Shown here: one piece after another, positions 9,610-19,488 of the stretch
How the letters are laid out: every line of letters begins with the position of its first letter
Numbering within the stretch: position 1 is the first letter of the stretch
Assembly: GCA_965372715.1 (NCBI GenBank)
Contig: CBDVDH010000026.1
Coordinates: 1-47,742, forward strand
Reading direction: 5' to 3'
DNA from: an uncultured bacterium
Lineage (GTDB): Bacteria; B130-G9
DNA: 47,742 nt
Translations under genes and position numbers: made by a program
The notes under the pieces: model-generated
What the model was told of the DNA's origin: nothing
Database searches by the model: none
The model's input: only the letters and a program-made list of their open reading frames with translations

Positions 9610-10527
9610 ATGCTCAAGATGTCGGTCAGGAATGTGGCTCTGCTTTTAGTTTTCCTCGCGTTTGCCATGGCGTGCACAGCTCCTGACAAGCGGGTTACGG
9701 AACTCATAGAGAAAGGGAAGGCGAGGTTCAGCGCGAAGTCCTGCGACATAGAAGATGTCGCAATCCTGATGGAGTCGCACTTTGTGGCCCTCGCGGACGG
9801 GGCACAGGATATGGTCGTCGTGACGCGGACCATGGCAAGAGATGACAAGGTCCGAGTGGACACAAGGCCGATGCTTCCTGAAACTGCGAGAGAGCTCGAT
9901 GACGAGGACTTATTTCGATACATATCTCAGGCTGCAAGCAACATCTTTGACGGAAAGGACCTCTGGTCCCTGGAGGTCACGGGATATAATAGGAGGTCCC
10001 GCGCAACGGGCGCAGATAAGCGAATGAAGGGGGCACGAGCACCGCGCGAGAAGAGCTCCGCCCGGGACCAGCTTGAGTTCTCCTTTGGTCTCGAGCAATC
10101 AAGTCCGTTAAGCCAAGACGCCAGATGCGTCACAGGGATTTGGCCGGAGTGGCTGGAACCTGAGAGCAAGTTCCTGGGCGTCGAAGAAGTACTGGGCAGG
10201 CCATGCTACGCACTAGAAATGCCTCTTTTCAGTAGAACGCCTTGTGAGAAGGTCTGGATCGATGTCGAGACGCTGCATCTTGCGAAGGCCACGATTACCA
10301 CCGCCATGGGGCCTTGCAACACAACTTATGAGGACTGGCGCGAGGTGGCCCCGGGGATGTGGCTGCCCTTCAGTCACGTTACAACGGCCACGCTTCATGG
10401 GACGGAACGGGTCTTCCCACAAAGAATCAGATCAATCGAGGTTAATACTGGCCTTTCGGACGATCTCTTCGACCCGCGGAAGATCAACGTTCTCGAATCA
10501 CCCGAAAGAGTGGAGACCGCCAAGTAG
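9610..10527 (+). CDS. LolA-like / outer-membrane lipoprotein-sorting family protein, probable lipoprotein
   Basis: AGGAGGT RBS, lipobox-like FAMAC, and GVEEVLGR, KVWID and VNTGLSDDLFDP motifs shared with the next gene. Confidence 0.65.
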   Translation: MLKMSVRNVALLLVFLAFAMACTAPDKRVTELIEKGKARFSAKSCDIEDVAILMESHFVALADGAQDMVVVTRTMARDDKVRVDTRPMLPETARELDDEDLFRYISQAASNIFDGKDLWSLEVTGYNRRSRATGADKRMKGARAPREKSSARDQLEFSFGLEQSSPLSQDARCVTGIWPEWLEPESKFLGVEEVLGRPCYALEMPLFSRTPCEKVWIDVETLHLAKATITTAMGPCNTTYEDWREVAPGMWLPFSHVTTATLHGTERVFPQRIRSIEVNTGLSDDLFDPRKINVLESPERVETAK

Positions 10528-10733
10528 CTGCTGTCGCGTCTCTGCTGCAAATGCTCGTTTTCCGCTCGCGCCTGCGTCCGTCTGTTTGTCCCCGGGGTGC
10601 TAATTCGAGGATTCATTTCGGTTGCAGGTGGAGATCGACTTCCTGGCAGACCTTTTGTTGGAAACGCGACGTTGCTTGTGATAGATTCGCACAGTTGAAG
10701 CTGTCATTTGAACATTTCCAAAGGAGATGAACC

Positions 10734-11540
10734 TTGAACCAGATTAGCCGTGTTTGCGTGAGCCTCTTTCTTGCCTTGTTTCTTGTCGCCATGACTTGTC
10801 ACTTGGTGGAGGGCATGACCGCGGACGAGGTCCTCAAAGGCGCCTCGGCGCAATATGAGAGCTTCATGTCCTCAGTCAAGGACCTGACCATCGAGCAGGA
10901 GATGAGCATGGGTCAAGGGCAGATGAAGATGCAGATGAAGATGATGCGCAAGGGGAACAAGTACCGCATTGAGACCACGACTAGCACGCCTCCGGGAAGA
11001 GGAGGGGCTCAGATGCCCCCCATGACGACAACCATCATATTCGATGGGAAGGACACCTGGATAGCCAGCCCGTTCGCCGGGAAAAGGCGACTGGAGGGCG
11101 ACGAGGCAAAGGGCCACAGCCCACAGCTAAGCTGGACAGAGAACCTCCAAGGGCGCCTCGTCCTCCTCGGGAAGGAAGAGGTGGCCGGCAGGAGCGCCTG
11201 GGTAGTCGAGGTGAAGGAGGACAAGAATCGCAAGACCGAACCTGAAGCATTCTCAAAGGTCTGGATAGACACCAGCAATTACTGGATGCTCAAGGCTGAG
11301 TCCAAGACGCCGAAGGGCGTCGCGGAGTCGCGGCTTTCGGATTTTCGGAAGGTTCACGGTGATTTCAGCATGCCTTTCCTGCACGAGGTGCTCGTAAATG
11401 GCGTTCTTCAGAGCAAGTTGGTTACCAAAGGCGTCAAGATAAATGCGGGGTTGTCCGATGACCTATTCGACGCCAGCAAGCTCACGTCTCAGGGGATGAG
11501 CATGGAGGATATGTTCAAGCAAGGGATGCAGGGCAACTAG
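10734..11540 (+). CDS. LolA-like / outer-membrane lipoprotein-sorting family protein
   Basis: Signal peptide, then KGNKYRIE, IIFDGKDTW, GKEEVAGR, KVWID and INAGLSDDLF. Confidence 0.75.
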   Translation: MNQISRVCVSLFLALFLVAMTCHLVEGMTADEVLKGASAQYESFMSSVKDLTIEQEMSMGQGQMKMQMKMMRKGNKYRIETTTSTPPGRGGAQMPPMTTTIIFDGKDTWIASPFAGKRRLEGDEAKGHSPQLSWTENLQGRLVLLGKEEVAGRSAWVVEVKEDKNRKTEPEAFSKVWIDTSNYWMLKAESKTPKGVAESRLSDFRKVHGDFSMPFLHEVLVNGVLQSKLVTKGVKINAGLSDDLFDASKLTSQGMSMEDMFKQGMQGN

Positions 11541-11875
11541 CGAAGAGTTTCCCCAAAGAGGGAAACGGGATAAAAGGAAAAACGGACAAAAGGAGAAAAG
11601 GCAGATATGGTTTCCGGCACGAACGGACGGACGGGGGATTGGGTAGTTTGCGCTGCGTTCTCCGGGCCGTATGACCCCGCAATCGGTCTGCTCAGACCGG
11701 TCCCAGGGGATCACGTTGGATTCCTACGAAGACTCCCGCAATTATTAGGTTGATGCTGGGGAAGCTCTTGTAGTAAGATCGGGCTGCGATCAGACCGCGA
11801 GAAACAGTGGCCAAGCAAAAGCCACAATTGTCTCGTCTGGGACAGTGGCTTGTTGGCCAAACTATGGAGGATGGG

Positions 11876-14359
11876 ATGCTGTCAATTCAATCCAGAGTCT
11901 GTGCTGCCGCAATTGCAATAATCACTCCATGCCTCGTCACAACAGCGATGGGGCAGCTGGCCGAGACGCCGTGGCCGATGTTCATGCACGACACGTGTCA
12001 TAGCGGCGAGGGCGAGGTCTTGGGGCCACGACTCGGAAACCCGGGTCCATCCCTGGCGCCCGATTCGGAGGTTACATGCTCGCTCATCGTTGGAACTGGC
12101 GGCACGATCCTGCTCGGTACTAGCGCCGACGGGTTGTGCGCGATTGACGAGTCTGGCACGCGTTTGTGGTCATATTCCACTGGCGCGACCGTCTCCGCGG
12201 TATCGACCCCTGCTGTAGGCACGGGCGGGTCGGTCTATTTCGGCTGTGCGGACGGCTGCGTCTATGCTCTTGACGCCGACGGCGGCCTGAGATGGAGCTA
12301 TGCGACTCAGGGGCCGATCTCTGCGTCGTGCACAATCGGCGGCGACGGCCATGTTCTCATCGGCTCGACGGACGGCTCTTTCTATGCTCTCGAGGATGCC
12401 GGGACGCAGGCAACGCTGATCTGGTCGGCAGATGTCACATATCCGATTACTCGAGGGGCGGCTGCAACCGGCGACGACAGGGTGTTGTTCTGCGACGGCG
12501 GAGCTGGGTCGAAGGTTTACGGCTACTCATCTTCGGGGACTAGGCTGTGGTCAACGAATCTCCACTCGCGGATTGCGACAGTTCCGGCTGTGGCGAGCGA
12601 TTCGAGTCTCGCGTTTGTCGGGACGGCAGCCGGGACGATCTACGCCCTGCGCCCTGGTTCAGGGGACGTAGTTTGGAGCTTCGACGCTGAGGCGCCAATA
12701 TCGAGCGACTTCGCTCTGTTCAGAAGTGGGCTGCTGGTTGCTGGATGTGGCGACGGAACCGTGATCGGCCTCGACACCTCTTACGAGGAACCGGCTCTCT
12801 TGTGGCAAGAGACGATTGAAGGTGTCTTGCGAACGCCGCCCATTCTGGACCCAGAGGGGATCGCCTATTTCACGTCGGACATCGGCGTCATCTACGCGCT
12901 GGATACCGCACCCGGCGCCGCCGAGAGAGTTCTTTTCAAATACTACTTAGACTACACCCCGGCGCACGCCCCGCTTATCCCGTCTGAGGGCGAGCTGCTC
13001 GTCCCCACCCAACGAGACGGGATAGCGGTCATAAGCGACCAGATGCCGCCGGCGCCGAACGTCGCGGTATCGCCGCTTTTCATCGATTTTGGCACGGTCG
13101 AGGTCGGCCAGAGCAGCTCGGCGACGGTCGAGGTATCAAACCGAGGCAACGCGGCGCTGTCGGTCATCTCCGTGTCGTCATCCGCCCCGGGTGCCTTCGT
13201 GACCCGGACGCCGCCGTTCTCGCTTGGGCCGAACGAGCGGTGTGACCTCAAGATGAGCTTCGAGCCTTCGTCCGAGGGCGATTTCCTGGCCTCGATCACG
13301 ATAGCCAGCGACGATCCACGTCGGCCTGAGGTAATCGTCTCGGTCGTCGGAACCGCGTATCAAGAGGCGGTCGAGAGGCCTGACTTCGCCATCACGGCCG
13401 AGGACATTGAGTTCAGCCAACCACAGGCCAGGCCCGGGGACCTCATCACGATCGACGCGAGAATAGAGAACGTGGGGAGCGTTTCGGGCGAGGCAACGGC
13501 CAGGTTCTACTATGAGTTCATGCAGCAGCTCAACCTCATCGAGTCCGTCCCGATTGCGCTCGACGCTGGCGAAGACGGCGTGTATTCGGTTGACTGGGTC
13601 ACAGACACAGGGATGGCCGCTCAGATGTATGACATCCGCGTCAGGATAGAGGACTGCCTACCTCCCGATGAGGACCTCGGCAACAACGAGGCGGTCAAGA
13701 GCTACATGCTTCCCGTCCAGCTGGTTTCCGTCATTTGCATTCCGGGCGACGGTCGCGTGCTCGTCCTCTGGGAGACGGCCTCCGAGACCGACAATCTTGG
13801 CTTCAACGTGTACCGGCAGGCCTTCCAGTCAGATTTCGTGAAGGTGAACGATAAGCTGGTCCCTGGCGGGGGCACAACGGTCGAGAGCAACTCCTACCAC
13901 TTGGTTGACGAGGGACTCCTAAACGGCGTCGAATACGGGTATTGCGTCGAGTGTGTGAGTACAAGCGGCGAGACGCAGCGTTCACCGGTCGTGTTCGTCA
14001 CGCCCAGCGCGCTTCATCGTGGTCCGGTGTTCAGGCTTGCGTCAAGCCAGACAGCCTACAGGCCCGGGGATAGGGTTCTTGTCAGCGTGTCGGTCTTCAA
14101 CCCAGGCCCTGAGCGCGAGATCGTCGCTTACTGGGCAGTCGTGTTGCCAGACGGGACGATTATCTCCCTCTGCGATTGGGGTGGGCTGCGCGTAACGCTT
14201 CCGTCAGGCTGCTATATCCCGGACTATCCTCTCGTAGATTTCGTTCTGACTGATACAATGAATCTCTTGGGCAGCTATTCGATCGCGCTTTCGATTGGCG
14301 AACCAGCAACGATGGACTGGCTGTTTATGGATATGATCACAATCAGGCTTGAAGAATAG
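11876..14359 (+). CDS. Secreted multidomain protein: PQQ-like beta-propeller, ASH/choice-of-anchor-D-like Ig, CARDB-like, FnIII-like and C-terminal domain
   Basis: GGAGG RBS, signal peptide, WPMF.HD..H, propeller blades, IDFGTVEVG..SNRGNAAL..SDDP, PDFAIT..ENVG..NNEA and LWETASETDNLGFNVYR. Confidence 0.85.
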   Translation: MLSIQSRVCAAAIAIITPCLVTTAMGQLAETPWPMFMHDTCHSGEGEVLGPRLGNPGPSLAPDSEVTCSLIVGTGGTILLGTSADGLCAIDESGTRLWSYSTGATVSAVSTPAVGTGGSVYFGCADGCVYALDADGGLRWSYATQGPISASCTIGGDGHVLIGSTDGSFYALEDAGTQATLIWSADVTYPITRGAAATGDDRVLFCDGGAGSKVYGYSSSGTRLWSTNLHSRIATVPAVASDSSLAFVGTAAGTIYALRPGSGDVVWSFDAEAPISSDFALFRSGLLVAGCGDGTVIGLDTSYEEPALLWQETIEGVLRTPPILDPEGIAYFTSDIGVIYALDTAPGAAERVLFKYYLDYTPAHAPLIPSEGELLVPTQRDGIAVISDQMPPAPNVAVSPLFIDFGTVEVGQSSSATVEVSNRGNAALSVISVSSSAPGAFVTRTPPFSLGPNERCDLKMSFEPSSEGDFLASITIASDDPRRPEVIVSVVGTAYQEAVERPDFAITAEDIEFSQPQARPGDLITIDARIENVGSVSGEATARFYYEFMQQLNLIESVPIALDAGEDGVYSVDWVTDTGMAAQMYDIRVRIEDCLPPDEDLGNNEAVKSYMLPVQLVSVICIPGDGRVLVLWETASETDNLGFNVYRQAFQSDFVKVNDKLVPGGGTTVESNSYHLVDEGLLNGVEYGYCVECVSTSGETQRSPVVFVTPSALHRGPVFRLASSQTAYRPGDRVLVSVSVFNPGPEREIVAYWAVVLPDGTIISLCDWGGLRVTLPSGCYIPDYPLVDFVLTDTMNLLGSYSIALSIGEPATMDWLFMDMITIRLEE

Positions 14360-14427
14360 CGATGTTTTCTAGGCCAAATATGGCAAATGCAGACGCTGTC
14401 TGACGTGTTTGAATATGGGGAGGAAGG

Positions 14428-15885
14428 ATGAGGAATCTAAGAATCGCTTTAATCTCGCCGGAGGTTTTCCCCTTCGCCAAGACGGGTGGCCTGGCTGACG
14501 TTGCAGGGGCCTTGCCCAAGTATCTCGCTCGGCAAGGCCAGGAGGTCATCGTCATCATGCCCAAATACCGGGAGATCGACGGGGATAGGCATGGGTTGAC
14601 GGACACAGGGCTTGAGATAACCGTTGAGCTCGGCAAAGAGACTGGCCAGCACAAGCTCTTTGTCAGCGACCACATCCCCGACGTGAAGACGTATTTAGTC
14701 GAGGCGCCGGAACATTTCGATCGCGAGCAGCTATATGGGACGCCGAATGGGGATTATCCGGACAACTCAGTTCGGTTCGGCTTTTTCGCCAAGTCAGTGC
14801 CTGAGGTTCTTGAGGCGCTCGGGTTCGAGGCGGATATCCTCCACTGCAACGACTGGCAGACGGGGCTGGTGCCGGTCTATCTGAAGGAGAAGACCGAGAA
14901 TGGCGGCTTTCTATCGAACGCCAAGACGCTGTTCACAATCCATAACATCGCATATCAGGGGCTGTTTGACCCTAAGGAGCTGCCGAAGCTGGGCCTGGGA
15001 TGGGAGTATTTCATCATGGAGGGGCTTGAGTTCTGGGAGAAGGTCAGCTTCATGAAGGGCGGCATAGTCTTCAGCGACGCGGTCAGCACCGTCAGCCGCA
15101 GATACAGCGAGGAGATTCAGACGCCGGAGTTTGGCTACGGCCTTGAGACCATCCTCGCCTCAAAACGGGACGTTCTTTATGGCATTCCCAACGGCATCGA
15201 CCCCGAGGAATGGGACCCCGCGACCGATGATCGCATAGCGGCGCGTTTCAGCGCGTCGGACATCGGGCCGAAGCAGGAGTGCAAACGGGCGCTCGCGGAC
15301 GAGAACGGACTTGCCTATTCCACCGACGTGCCGATAATCGGGATGATCACGAGATTGGCCGCGCAGAAGGGCCTGGACATCCTCTCCAAGTGCATCGAGG
15401 AACTTGTCGATCTCGGTATCCAGTTCGTGATTCTAGGCACAGGGGATAACGAGTATCACCGCATCTTTGAGGGCTTCAAGGAGAAACTAGCGGGCAAAGT
15501 CGGCATCAATATCTTGTTCGATGCGGCGATGGCCCAGCGCATTTACGCTGGGTCCGATATGTTCCTGATGCCCTCGCGATATGAGCCGTGTGGGCTGGGG
15601 CAGCTGATCAGTATGCGCTACGGGACGGTCCCGATAGTTCGCAGGACAGGCGGCCTGTCGGACACCGTGACCGAGTTTGACCCGAGGACGATGAGCGGCA
15701 CGGGTTTCGTGTTTTCCGAATACACGGCCGGCGCCCTGACGGAGACTGTCAAGCGGGCATTGAACCTTTACAAGGACGAGACTCGCTGGAAAAAGGTCGT
15801 CGAGAACGCGATGTTATACGACAGCTCGTGGAATCGCTCCAGCGCAGAATACATCGAGCTGTTTCACAAGATTCTGGGCGAGTAA
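14428..15885 (+). CDS. glgA: Glycogen synthase
   Basis: KTGGLADV, HCNDWQT, TIHNIAYQG, QKG, MPSRYEPCGLGQ and TGGL motifs. Confidence 0.96.
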   Translation: MRNLRIALISPEVFPFAKTGGLADVAGALPKYLARQGQEVIVIMPKYREIDGDRHGLTDTGLEITVELGKETGQHKLFVSDHIPDVKTYLVEAPEHFDREQLYGTPNGDYPDNSVRFGFFAKSVPEVLEALGFEADILHCNDWQTGLVPVYLKEKTENGGFLSNAKTLFTIHNIAYQGLFDPKELPKLGLGWEYFIMEGLEFWEKVSFMKGGIVFSDAVSTVSRRYSEEIQTPEFGYGLETILASKRDVLYGIPNGIDPEEWDPATDDRIAARFSASDIGPKQECKRALADENGLAYSTDVPIIGMITRLAAQKGLDILSKCIEELVDLGIQFVILGTGDNEYHRIFEGFKEKLAGKVGINILFDAAMAQRIYAGSDMFLMPSRYEPCGLGQLISMRYGTVPIVRRTGGLSDTVTEFDPRTMSGTGFVFSEYTAGALTETVKRALNLYKDETRWKKVVENAMLYDSSWNRSSAEYIELFHKILGE

Positions 15886-15895
15886 TCGCAGCGCA

Positions 15896-15920
15896 TGTGG
15901 GGTGGGCTTTCCAGCCCGCC
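15896..15920 (+). repeat. REP half-site, GGCTTTCCAGCC family
   Basis: TGTGGGGTGGGCTTTCCAGCCCGCC, 24/25 identical to 41033..41057. Confidence 0.8.
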
Positions 15921-15957
15921 GCCGTCCGCGCCAGGGACGTAGGTCAATGCCTCGCGA

Positions 15958-16479
15958 GTACGGGCGGCGTCTCAGACCCGCCCGCTCTAATTGATAAACG
16001 CATGAAAAGCCCCGATTCCGATGGGACTGATGTAGGCGGGCGGGTCTGAGACCTAGCAATTATTCGTATATCTTGGGGGTAGGTTTCTCTGAATCACCGC
16101 GTTTCAACGCGGTTATATAGATGGCTCTCATTATCTTAACACCCGACTTCAGTCGGGTGACCTCTGGACGCCAAAGAACCTCCCCCTCCATCCAAAGAAT
16201 CCTCTCTTGAAGAGGATGTAGGGAGGGCGGCAGCCTCCGCTTCAGGCCCCCGAATGAATTCGGGGGTTAGGATAATGATAGTCGTTTGCATCGCCTCGGC
16301 TGAAATCGGGCGATGACGTGCCGGATGTGTGCTCCGGCAGACAAAATCCGAACCTACGCATTTCGCTCGTCGTTACTGCTGTTATTCCCCTCGGAGAATG
16401 CTATACGTGGAGCCCAGCAAACAGCCTCATCAGCTTCGAATATGCATAGAATTGTTAGGTCTGAGACCACGCCCCTACA
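15958..16479. repeat. GTAG-type REPIN interrupted by a 404-bp insertion
   Basis: Same layout as 8379..8484. The right arm GGGCGGGTCTGAGACC|ACGCCCCTAC is split by 16054..16457. Confidence 0.8.
16054..16457. mobile_element. MITE family C inserted in a REP arm
   Basis: GGTCTGAGACC is duplicated at 16043..16053 and 16458..16468. Ends TAGCAATTATTCGTATAT and ATATGCATAGAATTGTTA are 13/18 inverted. No credible ORF. Confidence 0.75.
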
Positions 16480-16592
16480 GCCCAATTCCGATGAGGATGT
16501 CAGCCCAGACTGCATTGATCCTGGGGCCGTTTCCCTTTTTCCCGTTTCTGTCTTGTCGCAGACTCGACGAACGGCGAGCGGAAACTCCTCAA

Positions 16593-19262
16593 TCAGTCGT
16601 TCTTCAGTTTCTTTTGCAGCTCCGCCAGCGCAGAGAGCGCCGAAAGCGGCGTCATGGCATTGACGTCGAGCGCCTCAAGCTCGTTCAGGACAGGGCTCGG
16701 TGGCGGCGGCGCGGCGAATATCGTTAGCTGGGCAGTCTCCTGCCGTTTCTTTCGCCGCGAGGTCCTGGCCAAAGTCGGCGTGCCATCGCTAGCGTACTCG
16801 TCCCGCTCGAGATTGGCCAGTATCTCCTTCGCCCGGTCGAGCACTCGCTTCGGCAGGCCGGCGAGTCGCGCCACCTGGATGCCATAGCTGCGGTCGGCGT
16901 TGCCGGGGATGACCTTGCGCAAAAAGACGATCCTATCGCCCCACTCACGGACCGAGACGTTGTAGTTTTTGACGCGGTCGAACATCATCGCCAGCTCCGC
17001 CAGCTCGTGGAAGTGCGTGGCGAAAAGCGTCCGGGCCGCGACCTTCTTGGTGTTGTGCAAATACTCAGCGACCGCCCATGCGATAGAAAGCCCGTCGTAG
17101 GTGCTTGTGCCCCGCCCGATCTCATCCAGAACGATGAGGCTCTTCGGGGTCGCGTTGTTGAGGATGTTGGCCGTCTCGTTCATCTCGACCATGAACGTGC
17201 TCTGACCGCGAAGCAGAAAATCGGTTGCGCCCACTCGCGTGAAGACCTTATCAGCTGTCCCGATTCGCGCCTCGCTTGCCGGGACGAAGCAGCCCGTTTG
17301 GGCCATGATGACGATGAGCGCGGCCTGGCGGATGTAGGTCGATTTGCCGGCCATGTTCGGCCCAGTGACGATGAGTATCTGGTTGCTCTCGCAGTCGGCC
17401 CGAAGGTCATTGGGCACGAACTCCTGACTGAGATAGACTTTCTCGACCACCGGATGACGTCCATCCTTGATGACTAGAGCCGTGCCGTCATCGACCGTTG
17501 GGCGCACGTAACGGTTGTCCGAAGCGACCTGCGCGAACGATGCGAGAACGTCTATTGTTGCAGCCGTTCTTGCGGCCTTCTGTATGCGAGTCGTCTCCTT
17601 GGTGATGCTCTTTCTAAGCGCGGAGAAGAGCTGGTATTCAAGCTCGGCGATCTTCTCGTCTGCGGATAAGACCTTCTCTTCCCACTCCTTGAGCTCGGCC
17701 GTCGCAAACCGTTCTGCACCAAGCAAGGTCTGCTTCCTTATGTAATCGGCCGGCGCCTTATCCGCTGCGCTCTTTTTGACCTCGATGTAGTAACCAAAGA
17801 CGCGGTTATAGCCGATCTTCAGGTTCTGAATGCCCGTGCGACGCCGCTCCTGCGCCTCAAGCCCCGCAATGAACTTCTTGCCGTCGCGGGCGATCGACCT
17901 CAGCTCGTCAAGCTGCTCGTCCCAGCCGTCGTTGAACATCCCGCCATCGCGCACCGTAAAGGGCGGCTCGGCAACGATCGCCTCGGCCAGAGTGCTCGCA
18001 ACGTCGGACAACGTGTCCGCATTCTTGACCAGCGAAGCCAAGAGTGGGGACCTAACCTTGCTCATGGCCCTGTAAAGCTTCGGAAGCATGGAAAGCGATT
18101 CCCTGAGGGACACCAAATCGCGCGCGTTCGCGGTCCCGAGGTCGATGCGTGAGATCAGGCGCTCGATGTCCCGAACCGATTTCAGAAGCTGCCGGACCTC
18201 GTCCCGCAGAAGGAAGTCGTCCTTGAACTCCGCAACCGCATCTAGCCGCTGATCGATGCGCTTGACGTTTATGAGCGGATGCAGGAGCCAACGCCGCAGG
18301 AGCCTCGCGCCCATCGCCGTCTGGGTCTGGTCGATGAGCCACAAGAGCGAGCCATTGCGCTTCCCATCGATCGCGCTTCTCGTTATCTCCAGGTTTCGCA
18401 GCGTCGCCTCGTCCATCTGCATGAACCCCGAATCGGTGTAGAACCTGACCGCGCTGATGTGCGACAAGTCTCGCTTCTGCGTCTTCTGCAACTGGTGGAG
18501 CAGGGCCCCGCCAGCGATAATCGCAAGAGGCCTACTTGCGCAGCCGAAACCATCGAGCGACTGGACCTCGAAATGCTCGATAAGCTGCCGCAAGCAGTAG
18601 TCTCGCTCGAAGACCCAGTCCTCGATTTTCGTCAACATCGCCTTCGGGCCTGCGCCCAATAGGTCCTTGATCAGCTGCGAGTCGGCGAGGCGCTCCTGGA
18701 CGACCAGTTCCTTCGGCTCCCAGCGAGAGAACTCGTTTCGGAGAGCTACTGCGGAATCGACGCCCCTCAGCTCGGTAATGTGAAAGTCGCCGGTCGAAAG
18801 GTCGATGACGGCGAAGCCGATGTCGTTGTGGTCCACGTGAACCGAACAGATGTACGAGCTCTCCTTGTCCGATAGGAGGCCCGGCTCGACCACCGTGCCC
18901 GGTGTTACGACGCGCACCACGTCTCGCTTGACGAGACCTTTGGCCGTCTTTGGGTCCTCGACCTGCTCACAGATCGCAACCTTGTAGCCCTTTTTGATGA
19001 GCTTCCTCAGATAGGCCTCAAGCGCGTGGTATGGGATGCCACAGAGCGGCACTTCGTCGGGCTTGCCGCGGTTGCGGGACGTGAGCGCGATGTCAAGCAG
19101 CTGCGAGCCCAGGACAGCGTCCTCGCCGAACATCTCGTAGAAATCGCCCATCCTGAAGAGCATTATGCAGTCCGGATACTGCGCGCGAATCTGCTTATAC
19201 TGCGTCATCATCGGCGTCGTTTTCGCCGACTTGGTTTGCTTGGACGATTTCTTCTGTGCCAT
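16593..19262 (-). CDS. mutS: DNA mismatch repair protein MutS
   Basis: TPMMTQY, FRMGDFYE, TGPNMAGKSTY, STFMVEM, LDEIGRGTST and SYGIQVA motifs. Confidence 0.98.
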   Translation of the reverse strand: MAQKKSSKQTKSAKTTPMMTQYKQIRAQYPDCIMLFRMGDFYEMFGEDAVLGSQLLDIALTSRNRGKPDEVPLCGIPYHALEAYLRKLIKKGYKVAICEQVEDPKTAKGLVKRDVVRVVTPGTVVEPGLLSDKESSYICSVHVDHNDIGFAVIDLSTGDFHITELRGVDSAVALRNEFSRWEPKELVVQERLADSQLIKDLLGAGPKAMLTKIEDWVFERDYCLRQLIEHFEVQSLDGFGCASRPLAIIAGGALLHQLQKTQKRDLSHISAVRFYTDSGFMQMDEATLRNLEITRSAIDGKRNGSLLWLIDQTQTAMGARLLRRWLLHPLINVKRIDQRLDAVAEFKDDFLLRDEVRQLLKSVRDIERLISRIDLGTANARDLVSLRESLSMLPKLYRAMSKVRSPLLASLVKNADTLSDVASTLAEAIVAEPPFTVRDGGMFNDGWDEQLDELRSIARDGKKFIAGLEAQERRRTGIQNLKIGYNRVFGYYIEVKKSAADKAPADYIRKQTLLGAERFATAELKEWEEKVLSADEKIAELEYQLFSALRKSITKETTRIQKAARTAATIDVLASFAQVASDNRYVRPTVDDGTALVIKDGRHPVVEKVYLSQEFVPNDLRADCESNQILIVTGPNMAGKSTYIRQAALIVIMAQTGCFVPASEARIGTADKVFTRVGATDFLLRGQSTFMVEMNETANILNNATPKSLIVLDEIGRGTSTYDGLSIAWAVAEYLHNTKKVAARTLFATHFHELAELAMMFDRVKNYNVSVREWGDRIVFLRKVIPGNADRSYGIQVARLAGLPKRVLDRAKEILANLERDEYASDGTPTLARTSRRKKRQETAQLTIFAAPPPPSPVLNELEALDVNAMTPLSALSALAELQKKLKND

Positions 19263-19488
19263 GCTCAAGAGTTTCGAGTTTCAGGCGCCAAGTTTCAAGT
19301 AACAGATTTGCAGAAGGGACTCGGTCGAACGGACGAGTCGCTACGTCATCATTGTCAGAAAGTGTGGTGCTGGGTTGTAAATCCCGGTCGATTAGACCAT
19401 GCTACACTTTGGGGAAAAGGCTTGAAGGACTGAAATCCCGAGGATCGGACAGTCGTGGAAACGTCAATCATAGTTCGGGTATAGCAGA

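Noticed and set aside
16313-16727. ORFs overlapping MITE C as a transposase
   Set aside because: They are short, cross the element boundary and show no DDE or HUH motif.
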